Part shown: positions 21,387 to 31,126 of the stretch, piece after piece | Layout: every line of letters begins with the position of its first letter | Numbering within the stretch: the first letter of the stretch is position 1 | From: Acidobacteriota bacterium | Lineage (GTDB): Bacteria > Acidobacteriota > UBA890 > WLXD01 | NCBI GenBank assembly: GCA_965205505.1 | Contig: CBDBHB010000009.1 | Coordinates: forward strand, 1,088,001-1,152,000 | Direction: 5' to 3' | Length of the DNA stretch: 64,000 bases | Translations under genes and position numbers: made by a program | The notes under the pieces: model-generated | Told to the model about the DNA's origin: nothing | Seen by the model: only the letters and a program-made list of their open reading frames with translations | Databases searched by the model: none

Positions 21387-22778
21387 CTACACATGTTTGA
21401 GCTTCCAATTTCCTTTGCGGAAATAGTAGCCGGCCACCACGGCCAGGGCCGAGAACGACACCGTCATGGCGACGAACACGCCGGTCGGACCCCAGCCGAG
21501 CACGTGGGCCGCGAACCAGGCGAACGGCAGCTCGAAGGCCCAAAAGCAGAAGAGGTTGATCCAGGTCGGTGTCCACGGGTCGCCGGCGCCGTTGAAAGCG
21601 TTCTCGAGCACCATCCCATAGGCGTAGAACAGGAATCCGCCCGAAACGATGCGTAAGCACAGCACGCCCCAGCGGTGAGGCTCGGGCAGAGTGGTGAACA
21701 GGCTGACGATGAACGGCGCGAAGACGATGAACAGCGCCCCGATGACGCCAAGAAAGATGACGTTGTACAGGCCTGCTATCCACACCGATCTCTCCGCCCG
21801 ATCGGGCTTCCCGGCACCCAGGCTCTGACCAACCATGGTGGCCGCAGCATTGCTCATCCCCCAGCTCGGCAACAGTGCGAAGAGGATCAGACGCATGCCG
21901 ACAGCATAGCCGGCGAGGACTTCATCACCGAAGCCGGCGAGGATGCGAGTGAGGCCCACCCAGCTCGCCATGCTGATGAACACCTGGAACATGCCGGCTC
22001 CCGACAGCCGCACCATCCGCATCATCAACGCTGGCAGCACGGGCAGATGCTCTCGACGGATGTGGAGTCGGCCGCCAGCTCGGCTGAGTAGCCAGAACTG
22101 GGCCAGTACTGCCGTGCCACGGCCTATGTTCGTCGCCACGGCGGCGCCGACGACTCCGAGCTCCGGGAACGGGCCGATGCCGAAGATCAACATCGGGTCG
22201 AGAAAGATGTTGATGGCGTTGGCCAGCCACAGCACGCGCATCGCCACCGCGGCGTCGCCGGCGCCACGGAAGGCGGCATTGATCAGAAACAGAAGCAGCA
22301 CCGTGGCGTTGCCACCGAGCATCACGCGGGTGTAGCCGCTGTTGGCGATGACCTCGTCGGAGGCGCCCATGAGGCCGAGCAGCTGCGGTGCCATGGCTGA
22401 ACCGGCCACAGCGATCAGCGCCGCGATCACCACACCCAGCGCGATCCCTTGCACCGCTGACCGCGCTGCTTCGTCCGGGTCGTGCTCGCCGATACGGCGC
22501 GCCACCATGGCGGTCACACCGATCGAAAGGCCCAGGCCGACGGTGAAGACCAGCGTCATCATCGACTCGGTCAGCGCCACCGTGGCGACCGCCGAGGGGC
22601 CCAGCTTGGAAACGAAGAAGACGTCGACGACCGCAAACAGCGACTCCATCGCCGTTTCCAGAACCATCGGCACCGCGAGGAGCAGCACGGCACGGCCGAC
22701 CGCACCTTCGGTGTAGTCTTGTTGCGTGCCGCGAACGGCGTCCTTGAAGTCGTTCCAGAAGGAAGAGGTACTGCTCAC
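21387..22778 (-). CDS. MATE family efflux transporter
   Basis: LAVPMVLE..VDVFFV, FRGAGDA, NIFLDPMLIFG. Confidence 0.93.
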   Translation of the reverse strand: MSSTSSFWNDFKDAVRGTQQDYTEGAVGRAVLLLAVPMVLETAMESLFAVVDVFFVSKLGPSAVATVALTESMMTLVFTVGLGLSIGVTAMVARRIGEHDPDEAARSAVQGIALGVVIAALIAVAGSAMAPQLLGLMGASDEVIANSGYTRVMLGGNATVLLLFLINAAFRGAGDAAVAMRVLWLANAINIFLDPMLIFGIGPFPELGVVGAAVATNIGRGTAVLAQFWLLSRAGGRLHIRREHLPVLPALMMRMVRLSGAGMFQVFISMASWVGLTRILAGFGDEVLAGYAVGMRLILFALLPSWGMSNAAATMVGQSLGAGKPDRAERSVWIAGLYNVIFLGVIGALFIVFAPFIVSLFTTLPEPHRWGVLCLRIVSGGFLFYAYGMVLENAFNGAGDPWTPTWINLFCFWAFELPFAWFAAHVLGWGPTGVFVAMTVSFSALAVVAGYYFRKGNWKLKHV

Positions 22779-22969
22779 GGGAGTCTCCGGCAAGGAGGGG
22801 TGGAGAAGTAGGCGCGACAAAGACCGTGGAGAGAGCGCGGGCGATCAGTTCGCCTGCGTTACGGTCGTTGGGTGAGCTCGTTCGCGCGCATTCTCATTGG
22901 CGAGACCCCGTGAGATGAAACGGGTCAAGGTGCTCAGACCTTACCGTCGCGGCCCGGGGCTGTCTAGCC

Positions 22970-22997
22970 GCAACGATGATCTGCTACAGGCCACTAG
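22970..22997 (-). repeat. CTAG-end repeat copy 2 (on the SSS transporter stop)
   Basis: Reverse complement CTAGTGGCCTGTAGCAGATCATCGTTGC. Confidence 0.8.
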
Positions 22998-24778
22998 AGA
23001 CGACGCCACAGCCGCGTGATGCTCACGGTGGCGCCGGCCGCCAGCAGGGCGAGGAGGAAAGCTCGACCGGTGCGCCCGTAGAGCAGGTAGCCGATCGAGA
23101 ACAGCGTCATGTAGACGGCCGCAGATCCCAGCAGCATGCAGCTGAGCGCAGTCGGGAATGAAGACGCCGCGGTATCGGCGGTCTCCAGTGGCTCGCCGTC
23201 TGCTGCGGCGCGCGTGACAACGGCGGCCCATCCACGCCCGCCGGGCCGGATCTGTCGATAAAACGAGCGCAGCGTCGACTCGTCGGTAGCCGGGGTCAGG
23301 AAGGTCACCAGGAGCCATCCGACGGTGGTGATGGAAACGCCCGCCAGCAACTGCTGATGTGCGCTGGGCACCGCACCGAAGACACCGGCATGCGCAAACT
23401 GGAACCAGGCGCCGACAGCGAAGGAGATCGTCATCGCGGCGATCTCGCTGGCGGCACTAATCCGCCACCAGAACCATCGCAGGATGAACAGTAGGCCGGT
23501 GCCGGCGCCGATCTGGAGCAAGATCTGAAACGCCTGCAGCGCGTTGGACAGCAGCAGCGACACCGCGCAGGCGGCGATCATCAGGGCTGCCGTTGACAAT
23601 CGCCCCACCAGCACCAGTCGCCGTTCCGACGCTTCCGGCCGCACGAAGCGTCGGTACCAGTCGTTGACGATGTACGAGGCACCCCAGTTGAGGTGCGTCG
23701 AGATCGTCGACATGTATGCAGCCACCAGCGAGGCGATGACGAGGCCGAGCAGGCCGGTCGGCAGGAAGGTCAGCATCGCCGGGTACGCGAGGTCGTGCTG
23801 GACGACGCCCGGATCGATATCCGGGAAGGCGGTGCGCAGTGAATCGAGGTCAGGAAACACCACGATCGATGCCAGCGCCACGACGATCCAGGGCCACGGA
23901 CGTAGCGCGTAGTGGGCCACATTGAACAGTAGTGTCGCCCCCTGCGCGTGGGCCTCGTTCCGGGCCGCCAGCATGCGCTGGGCGATGTAGCCGCCGCCGC
24001 CCGGCTCAGCACCCGGGTACCAGGTGGCCCACCACTGCACCGCCAACGGTACGACGAAGATTCCCACCACCAGCGAGGAGTCGGAGAAATCGGGTATGAG
24101 GCCCAGCTTTGGCGTCACCTCGGGGTGCGCCAGGAGCGCTCTGAGCCCGCCGACCTCGGGTCGCTGGAGCGCGTACCAGGCGGCGGCGATGGATCCGAAA
24201 AGCGCCATTCCGAACTGCACGAAGTCGGTGAGAATCACCCCGGTCAGACCGCCAAGCATGGCGTACACGAGGGTCACCGAGCCGGCGATCAGGACCGTGT
24301 TGACGGGGCTGAGCCCCAGCATCACGCCGCCGATCTTGATCGCCGCCAGCGTTACCGAGGCCATGATCATGACGTTGAAGAACACGCCGAGGTACATGGC
24401 CCTGAAGCCGCGCAGGAAGGCCGCAGCTCGGCCCGAGTAGCGGATCTCGTAGAACCCGATGTCGGTTTCCACTCCGGAGCGTCGCCACAGGCGCGCATAC
24501 ACGAAGGTCGTGAGCATGCCGGTGAGCAGGAACGCCCACCAGACCCAGTTGCCGGCCACCCCATTGGTTCGCACGATGTCGGTGACCAAGTTCGGGGTGT
24601 CGGTGGAGAACGTCGTGGCCACCATCGAGACCCCAAGCAGCCACCACGGCATGCTCCGGCCCGACAGAAAGAACTCACCGGAGCTCGAGCCGGCACGACG
24701 TGCGACCGCCACGCCGATGAGCATCGAGAGTGCCAGGAAGGCGAGGACGATCGTCAGATCGAGAGGAGCGAGCTGCAT
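22994..24778 (-). CDS. Sodium:solute symporter family protein
   Basis: FFLSGRSMPWW..SMVATTF, QRMLAA, AAYMST. Confidence 0.92.
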   Translation of the reverse strand: MQLAPLDLTIVLAFLALSMLIGVAVARRAGSSSGEFFLSGRSMPWWLLGVSMVATTFSTDTPNLVTDIVRTNGVAGNWVWWAFLLTGMLTTFVYARLWRRSGVETDIGFYEIRYSGRAAAFLRGFRAMYLGVFFNVMIMASVTLAAIKIGGVMLGLSPVNTVLIAGSVTLVYAMLGGLTGVILTDFVQFGMALFGSIAAAWYALQRPEVGGLRALLAHPEVTPKLGLIPDFSDSSLVVGIFVVPLAVQWWATWYPGAEPGGGGYIAQRMLAARNEAHAQGATLLFNVAHYALRPWPWIVVALASIVVFPDLDSLRTAFPDIDPGVVQHDLAYPAMLTFLPTGLLGLVIASLVAAYMSTISTHLNWGASYIVNDWYRRFVRPEASERRLVLVGRLSTAALMIAACAVSLLLSNALQAFQILLQIGAGTGLLFILRWFWWRISAASEIAAMTISFAVGAWFQFAHAGVFGAVPSAHQQLLAGVSITTVGWLLVTFLTPATDESTLRSFYRQIRPGGRGWAAVVTRAAADGEPLETADTAASSFPTALSCMLLGSAAVYMTLFSIGYLLYGRTGRAFLLALLAAGATVSITRLWRRL

Positions 24779-24813
24779 GGTCAACCCGGTAGTGACGGGC
24801 CTGCGTGGTCGGG

Positions 24814-25344
24814 TTAGGGCCTTGGTTCGTCCTTCAGCACCTCGAGGTGCTCGAGGTAGCGCGAGCGCGCCGCGATGAAATCTCGATGTTCGAACTTGAG
24901 CTCGGAGACAATCTTGCGGACCTCCGCGTCCTCATCTCCGGACACCGAGCCGTCGCTAGCCGACACCGCAAACAGACAGTCGAGTAGCGCCAGCTTCTGA
25001 CCACGGTCGGCCAGGCGCTCGAACTCGCGAGTCACCAGGAAGTTCTCCGTGCCGCCAAACAGCTCGTTGTGCTGCTTGGCCATCGACGCCACCAGCACCG
25101 CCTGATCAGCCGGCAGTCCGGCGCGCTCGGAGATCAACTCCTCCATCGCGCGTGTCTCGTCTTCGCTGATATCCAGATCGGCGTGCGCTACGCGGCCGAG
25201 GATGTAGGCGAAGCAGGCCACGTAGCGCGCGTGATCGGGCTCGATCTCGCCAAGCTGCCGCGCGATGCGGCGTATTGTCTCGACGTCAGCCTCATCGGGC
25301 TGTGGCCGCTGCGCACGTCCGGTGAGCCACTCGAACAACCCCAT
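24814..25344 (-). CDS. TerB-family (tellurite-resistance-like) protein
   Basis: RVAHADLDISEDE and VSASDGSVSGDE; TGATG coupling to upstream gene. Confidence 0.82.
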   Translation of the reverse strand: MGLFEWLTGRAQRPQPDEADVETIRRIARQLGEIEPDHARYVACFAYILGRVAHADLDISEDETRAMEELISERAGLPADQAVLVASMAKQHNELFGGTENFLVTREFERLADRGQKLALLDCLFAVSASDGSVSGDEDAEVRKIVSELKFEHRDFIAARSRYLEHLEVLKDEPRP

Positions 25345-25961
25345 CAGTGGACGGTACTCGAGTCGCCACCTTGTAGTACTGCCATGTTCATGAGCGCGAT
25401 CACCAGGCGACTCCGGTGCTCCAGATTCGGTGCTTCGAGCAAGGCCTGCTTCTCGGAGTTGTCGAAGGGACACACCATGGCCAGTGAGTTCACTAGCTCC
25501 TCGTCGCCGCTGTCGTCGATGGCGCGCCAGTTCGCGTTCAGGCCGAAGGTCTCGAAGTAGGTGCGCAGGTTGGCCACCAGGCCCTCGCGGTCGATCTCCG
25601 CGGGTCGGGTGGCGCCGATGTCATAGGTGAAGCGCTCCCACTGCGGCTCCACCAGCCGGTAAAGCCGATCCGATGCGATCTCCCGAATTACCTCGAATCG
25701 CGAGATCCCCACCAAGCTGACCAAGTAGTGCCCGCCTTCCGCCTCCTTGAGCGAGGCGATCCGTCCGGCGCAGCCCACCGACTGCAGCTCGTGCTCGTCG
25801 GGCCGGGAGCTGGCGGGTTGAATCATGCCGATGAGTCGGTCGCCGGCCAGAGCATCTTCGACCATCTGCACGTATCGCGGCTCGAAGATACGTAGCGGCA
25901 GGCGACACCCGGGAAGCAGGAGCGCCGACTCGAGAGGAAAGACGGGCAGAACGTCGGGCAT
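25344..25961 (-). CDS. LON peptidase substrate-binding domain protein
   Basis: LPVFPL..LPLRIFEPRY..EKQALLEA. Confidence 0.9.
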   Translation of the reverse strand: MPDVLPVFPLESALLLPGCRLPLRIFEPRYVQMVEDALAGDRLIGMIQPASSRPDEHELQSVGCAGRIASLKEAEGGHYLVSLVGISRFEVIREIASDRLYRLVEPQWERFTYDIGATRPAEIDREGLVANLRTYFETFGLNANWRAIDDSGDEELVNSLAMVCPFDNSEKQALLEAPNLEHRSRLVIALMNMAVLQGGDSSTVH

Positions 25962-26039
25962 ACGGTGCGTCCCTTGGCTGTTGCTGTCGTTGCCCATCCC
26001 CCTGTTATAGCACTCCGGACGGATGCGGTGCCGTACCTG

Positions 26040-26283
26040 CTAGCGCAACCGATCGCGCGGCGCAGTCGGTCCGACAGGTCGGCGTAGTCGATGTTGACGT
26101 CGCCGCCGTCGATGACCATGCCGAGCGCCCAGCTCGCCTGCTTGCGCACCGCAGCGTCTTCGTCGTCGAGCGCGTCAACGAGTGCGTCCGCGGCAGCCGG
26201 ATCCTCGATCATTCCAAGCGCCCAGGCAGCTTGCTCGCGCACGCGTGCATCGGCGTCGTCGAGCAGCGTCGGAACGGCGCCGG
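26040..26283 (-). pseudogene. Orphan C-terminal HEAT-repeat fragment
   Basis: LDDADARVREQAAWALGMI / LDDEDAAVRKQASWALGMV; no start or body upstream. Confidence 0.7.
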
Positions 26284-26284
26284 C

Positions 26285-26321
26285 TATGCTAAAAAATTAG
26301 CATACTGCTAAATTATTAGCA
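26285..26321. promoter_or_regulatory. Tandem palindromic operator pair
   Basis: TATGCTAA-AAAA-TTAGCATA (26285-26304) and TGCTAA-ATTA-TTAGCA (26306-26321). Confidence 0.7.
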
Positions 26322-26357
26322 TCTCCCGCGATCCTGAGCAAGGGCCGGGCGCGGCCC

Positions 26358-26636
26358 CTAGTGCTCCTGATCATAAGTACGGTGACGTTTGTGGCGCGCG
26401 CGAGCGGGGCGAATTGTAGGAGCGGCGACGAGGGCGATGCTGGGTGTATCGTCGAGGCGCCGCGACGCCCAAGGTGGCCGGTCCCGCGGCCACCCGGAGG
26501 GCAGGAGCGAGATGCGGGCGATCTCGGCGTCAGGGCTCGTCGAGGATGGCTAAGGCATCGCCTTCCTCACCCTTCCTTGATCTCGCCCGCATCTCGCTCC
26601 TGCAAACGTCACCGTACTTATGATCAGGAGCACTAG
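26358..26636. mobile_element. 279-bp MITE with perfect 34-bp terminal inverted repeats including CTAG
   Basis: CTAGTGCTCCTGATCATAAGTACGGTGACGTTTG at 26358-26391 and its exact reverse complement at 26603-26636; inner 21-bp IR 26501-26521/26583-26603; no transposase. Confidence 0.85.
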
Positions 26637-26644
26637 TATTCTTG

Positions 26645-26672
26645 CTAGTGTTCTGTAACAGAGGTTCGTTGC
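26645..26672 (+). repeat. CTAG-end repeat copy 3 (degenerate)
   Basis: CTAGTGTTCTGTAACAGAGGTTCGTTGC. Confidence 0.65.
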
Positions 26673-26710
26673 GTATTGCTGGGTCGAGATGGGGGCGAGC
26701 GCAAGGCGCG

Positions 26711-27676
26711 ATGCGTATGACGGTCCATCGCAGTAACACAGCCACCGCAGTGCGCTCCGCGATTGCCGCGTTGATAGCGGCGACCGCGCCCGCCGCGATC
26801 ATGGCCGGGTCTCCGCCGCGGCAGCAAGAACAGGATGTCGATGCATTCATGCAGCAGGTATTGCATCGCCGGGTGACGAACTGGGAGGACCTCTATCGAT
26901 ACACGGTTCGTGATCGCGAGACCTTCGAGGTGAACGGCCCGGCCGCGGTGGCCTTGGGCAGCTACCGTGGCGAGTACACCTGGTACGTTCGTGATGGCTT
27001 CATGATCCGCAGTCCGGATCGCATCGACGGGCACGCGGTCAGCGGTGAGGAGCGCGAAAGGTTCGAGCGCGATTGGCTGAAGCGCGCCCGTGACCGCGAA
27101 CAGAAGCGTTCCGAAAAACGTCAGAAGCGCGCCGCCGAGGCTGCAAAGTCGGGCAACGAGCAGCCGCTCGAGCGTGACTACTTCCTCGGGTTTCCGTTCG
27201 AGCCGGGTAACTACTATGTTGCTGGCCGGGAAGAGTTCGAGGGCATGAACCTCGTCAAGATCGAGTACTACCCGAAGAAGCTATTCGAAGACGACGAGGT
27301 TGATGAGGGCGAGGAGCCGGACCCCGAGGATCTCGAATGGGCCCACCGTTTCCAAAAGACCTCGGTGGTGACGATATGGGTGCTTGCCGAGGAGCACCAG
27401 ATCATCAAGATCGCCTACGACAACATCGGCCTCGACTTCATGCCGCTCCGCTGGTTGGTGCAGGTGGGCGACGTCGGCGCCGAGATGGTCATGCACAAGC
27501 CCTTCCCGGACGAGGACGTCTGGCTGCCGCGCGAGATCCGCGCGTCGGGTGAGGCAACGTTCGCCAATGGCTCCTACGATGTGCGCTATTCCCTCGAGTA
27601 CCACGACTACCGCGAGACCGACGTCGACGCCATCGTCCGGTTTCGCATTCCGGGCTTAGAGCAGCAGAATGAGTGA
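26711..27676 (+). CDS. Secreted hypothetical protein (beta-rich, possibly LolA/LolB-like)
   Basis: Signal peptide, host-like codon usage, overlaps the BamA-like gene start. Confidence 0.7.
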   Translation: MRMTVHRSNTATAVRSAIAALIAATAPAAIMAGSPPRQQEQDVDAFMQQVLHRRVTNWEDLYRYTVRDRETFEVNGPAAVALGSYRGEYTWYVRDGFMIRSPDRIDGHAVSGEERERFERDWLKRARDREQKRSEKRQKRAAEAAKSGNEQPLERDYFLGFPFEPGNYYVAGREEFEGMNLVKIEYYPKKLFEDDEVDEGEEPDPEDLEWAHRFQKTSVVTIWVLAEEHQIIKIAYDNIGLDFMPLRWLVQVGDVGAEMVMHKPFPDEDVWLPREIRASGEATFANGSYDVRYSLEYHDYRETDVDAIVRFRIPGLEQQNE

Positions 27677-28943
27677 CGCTGCCCGTGGCGCCCGAAACGC
27701 GTCACGCCGTGATCCCGGGCAGCAGGTCGTGTCGTTGATTGCCGCCTCGGCAGCCGCTCTGAGCGGCGCACTGCCGGTGTCGGCGCAGGAGACTTCGCCC
27801 CCGCCGCCATCCGAGCTGGTAGTCGAGGTGCGAGTGCACGGAAACTACTCGCTCTCCGACGAGCAAGTGTTACAGATCGCCGGGGTGGTGGTGCGCGACC
27901 GAGTCACTGCGGCCGATCGTGCTGCCATCAAGCAGCGGTTGCTCGACAGCGGCCGCTTCGCGGCCGTCGAGGTGCTTGCTCGCTATCGTTCGCTGACGCC
28001 GACCGACCGCGTGTTGCTGATTCTGTCGGTACACCAGAAAACGTCGGCGAGCGACAAGCTGCTCGTCATGCCCGAGCTGCAATACAACGAGAACGAGAAG
28101 CTCAGCGTCGGCGGGCGTGTTGCTGCAAAGAACCTGTTTGGCGGCGGAGAGTTGATTTCCATTCCGGTGATCTATGGTGGTGTCGACCAGGTGGCGATCG
28201 AGGTGACGCGTGGCTGGGACAGTGGCTTTCGAGTCGGTGGCTCGGTGGGCGCGCGCCGATTCGAGAACCCGCACGCTGGGGTCGACGACGCACGCCTGTA
28301 CGCCACGGCGTTCGCCGAGCGCCGGTTGACCGACGCGCTGCAACTTCGACTCGATGGTGAGTACGCCGACGTCGACTTCGGACGTGTGAGCGAGACGCTG
28401 TGGACGTACGGTGCGAGCCTACGCTTCGACACTCGCCCCAACATGTCGTTCCCGTACGATGCCGTGGTTGCCAGCGCCGGGTGGCAACGCCTCGCCCCTG
28501 CCGCCGGCGCCGGCGCCAACCGGTTTCGCTTCGAACTTGCAGCCTACAAGACGTTGGTCGGGCAGGCGGTGCTGGCGGCGCGCGCCGTTCTGCACACCAC
28601 CGATTCGCCGCTGCCGGCCCATGAGCGGCCGTATGTAGGCGGCATGGTGTCGTTGCGCGGCTATCGGGCCGGCGCGCTTGGCGGCGACAGCGTTGCCTTC
28701 GGAGGAGTGGAGGTACGGGTGCCAGTCACGACTTCGTTCAGCATCGCTCGGCTGGGCTTCACGGCGTTTTGGGACATAGGCACCGCGTACTCGTATGGCC
28801 TGCCGATATCCCGCGCCCAGTTCGAGAACGGTGTCGGAGCCGGGGTCTTCCTGGTGGCGCCGTTGGTGCGGTTGAACCTCGACGTTGCCAACAACCTCGA
28901 GGGCGACACGCGTGTGCACTTTGGCCTCGGGTTCCGCTTCTGA
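27669..28943 (+). CDS. BamA/TamA (Omp85) family protein with one POTRA domain
   Basis: VRVHGNYSL POTRA, GGMVSLRGY, C-terminal FGLGFRF. Confidence 0.85.
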   Translation: MSDAARGARNASRRDPGQQVVSLIAASAAALSGALPVSAQETSPPPPSELVVEVRVHGNYSLSDEQVLQIAGVVVRDRVTAADRAAIKQRLLDSGRFAAVEVLARYRSLTPTDRVLLILSVHQKTSASDKLLVMPELQYNENEKLSVGGRVAAKNLFGGGELISIPVIYGGVDQVAIEVTRGWDSGFRVGGSVGARRFENPHAGVDDARLYATAFAERRLTDALQLRLDGEYADVDFGRVSETLWTYGASLRFDTRPNMSFPYDAVVASAGWQRLAPAAGAGANRFRFELAAYKTLVGQAVLAARAVLHTTDSPLPAHERPYVGGMVSLRGYRAGALGGDSVAFGGVEVRVPVTTSFSIARLGFTAFWDIGTAYSYGLPISRAQFENGVGAGVFLVAPLVRLNLDVANNLEGDTRVHFGLGFRF

Positions 28944-29020
28944 GGCACGGTAGCCGGCCGCCGCTCGCCGCCACGCAGTAGGCTATCCGCTCCGGGCCCT
29001 CCGCTCCGGGGCCGTGGGCG

Positions 29021-30172
29021 TTACCTGCCGAGATGCTGAGCGAGCAACTTCATCCCGCGTCGCGTGCGCTCCGGGACGGCCGCTGTGAAGCAGGCGCGTA
29101 TGTGGGTCGGATAGGGTCCGAAGCTGGGCCCCGGTGCCACCAGAACGCCGTCGTCCAGGCAATCCTCGAGGAACCCAATGAGGCCGCGCTCGTCGAGACG
29201 CTCGGCAACGTCTACCCAGAGGAACTGGCTGCCCTCCGGAGCCGGCACACCGAGGATGCCCGCCATCTCTTCACCCAGTTGCTCGTACAGGGGTTTCGCC
29301 GCAGCGATCCACTTGTCGCCGCGGCCGTCGAGCGCCTTCGCCGCGGCGATCTGTGATGCTGTGGGGGTGCTGTAGAAGCTGTGGACGCTCACCTTGCGTA
29401 ACTGCCGCATGTGTTCCGCCGGCCCCACGACGTAGCCGCAACGGTTGCCTGCCATCCCGTAGGCCTTGGAGAAAGAGTGCACCGAGAAAGTCCGTTCGGG
29501 CGCCAGGGTACGCGCATAGCAGTGCTCGCCGCGGTACACGTAGTCCTCGTAAACTTCGTCGGCGAGGATCCAGAGATCATGTCGCTGGGCCCATTCAACG
29601 ACCGCCGCCACGATTGCCGCCGGAATCACCTTGCCGGTCGGGTTGTTGGGTGTGCTCAGGTAGACCGCCGTACAGCGTTCGGTACGCTTGGCGTCGAGCG
29701 CCTCGACTGCGGCGTCGGGTGAGTCGGCAACCCCGATGAACGGCACCGCCACCGGGTGTCCTGAGAACGACTTGACGATCCCTGCAAAGAGCGGCCAGTA
29801 GGGGGCGAGCAGTAGCACCTCATCGCCGGGATCGATCGTCGCGCCGATGGTTGCCCCCAGCGCGCCGGTGGCGCCGGCCGCCATGAGCACGTTCTCGGGT
29901 GCCGTATCGACGGTGGTGTTGGCTCGATGTCGCTCGACGACGCGCTCGAGCAGCATTGGCAGCCCGTGCGGCGAAGCGTAGCGGTGCATGCCAGGGTGCT
30001 CGTCGACCCGCAGGTCCTGCATACGGCACCCGTCAGCCGGTTCCATCCATGTGTCCCCGACATGAAGTGGGTATATCTCGCCTTGCAGGGTCTTGAGACG
30101 GGCCGCCAGCTTGGAGAACAGTGAGCCCTCCATGCCGGCTACTGAGCGAGCTACGCCAGGGTACGTAGGCAT
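29021..30172 (-). CDS. PLP-dependent aminotransferase class I/II
   Basis: PNNPTG, DEVY, SFSKAYGMAGNRCG. Confidence 0.92.
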   Translation of the reverse strand: MPTYPGVARSVAGMEGSLFSKLAARLKTLQGEIYPLHVGDTWMEPADGCRMQDLRVDEHPGMHRYASPHGLPMLLERVVERHRANTTVDTAPENVLMAAGATGALGATIGATIDPGDEVLLLAPYWPLFAGIVKSFSGHPVAVPFIGVADSPDAAVEALDAKRTERCTAVYLSTPNNPTGKVIPAAIVAAVVEWAQRHDLWILADEVYEDYVYRGEHCYARTLAPERTFSVHSFSKAYGMAGNRCGYVVGPAEHMRQLRKVSVHSFYSTPTASQIAAAKALDGRGDKWIAAAKPLYEQLGEEMAGILGVPAPEGSQFLWVDVAERLDERGLIGFLEDCLDDGVLVAPGPSFGPYPTHIRACFTAAVPERTRRGMKLLAQHLGR

Positions 30173-30191
30173 GGCGGGTACGATAGGACAT

Positions 30192-31103
30192 GTGACGCAC
30201 CACTTCTATTCAAGCTCGTGGATCGACCGGGCCGCACGAATGCGGCTGAACGAGGAGTGGCTCCGGCAGCGTGCCGCCGACCCGGCATCGGTGTTCTTAC
30301 CGGTATGGCGGGATCGCAGCCTGGTGACCGCGGGCGACGCGCCAGCCGCCAGACTGCTGCGCGCAACGGAGTTGCCGTCGCAGGTCGCGCCCCAGGAATC
30401 TGTCTTCCTGGGCTTGGCCGAGGGCGATCTTGCCTGCTTCGCCGTGTTGCTTCCGGACAGTTCCGATCCCGACGCGTCGTGGCTCGACGGCGGCGCAACC
30501 TTCGGCGACCTGCGTCAACTCGGTCCGGTGATGGCGCCGGAGCACGCCGGCTTGCTCGCCTATGCGCGCGCCGTGGCACATTGGCACGCCACGCATCGGT
30601 TCTGTGGCTCGTGCGGCGCCCCCACCGACTCGCTGAATGGGGGTTGGCTACGGCGTTGCAGCAGGACCGGCTGCGCTCGCCAGCATTTTCCCCGCACCGA
30701 TCCGGCGATCATCGTTCGGGTAGTACACGGCGAACGGATACTCCTCGGCCGACAGGCGGCGTGGCCGAAGCGCTGGTACTCGGTGCTCGCCGGCTTCGTC
30801 GAGCCCGGCGAGAGCCTCGAGGATGCCGTGCGTCGCGAGGTGCTGGAGGAGACGGGTATCGCTTGTGACGATGTCCGCTACGTGAGCGCGCAGCCCTGGC
30901 CGTTCCCGGCATCGCTGATGCTCGGCTTCAGCGCGGTGGCCGAATCCGACACGATCACGCTCGGCGATGAGGAACTCGAGGATGCACGTTGGTTTACTCG
31001 CCAGCAAATCGTCGATGCGGTCGAGGCAGGCGAGCTACGCTTGTCGCCCGAGATCTCGATCTCGCGCAGCCTCATCGACGCCTGGATCGACGGTCGATGC
31101 TGA
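30192..31103 (+). CDS. nudC: NAD(+)/NADH diphosphatase
   Basis: HRFCGSCG zinc finger, FPRTDPA, Nudix box GFVEPGESLEDAVRREVLEETG, QPWPFP. Confidence 0.93.
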   Translation: MTHHFYSSSWIDRAARMRLNEEWLRQRAADPASVFLPVWRDRSLVTAGDAPAARLLRATELPSQVAPQESVFLGLAEGDLACFAVLLPDSSDPDASWLDGGATFGDLRQLGPVMAPEHAGLLAYARAVAHWHATHRFCGSCGAPTDSLNGGWLRRCSRTGCARQHFPRTDPAIIVRVVHGERILLGRQAAWPKRWYSVLAGFVEPGESLEDAVRREVLEETGIACDDVRYVSAQPWPFPASLMLGFSAVAESDTITLGDEELEDARWFTRQQIVDAVEAGELRLSPEISISRSLIDAWIDGRC

Positions 31104-31126
31104 GGTATTGGAGCCAAAGGCCTACT

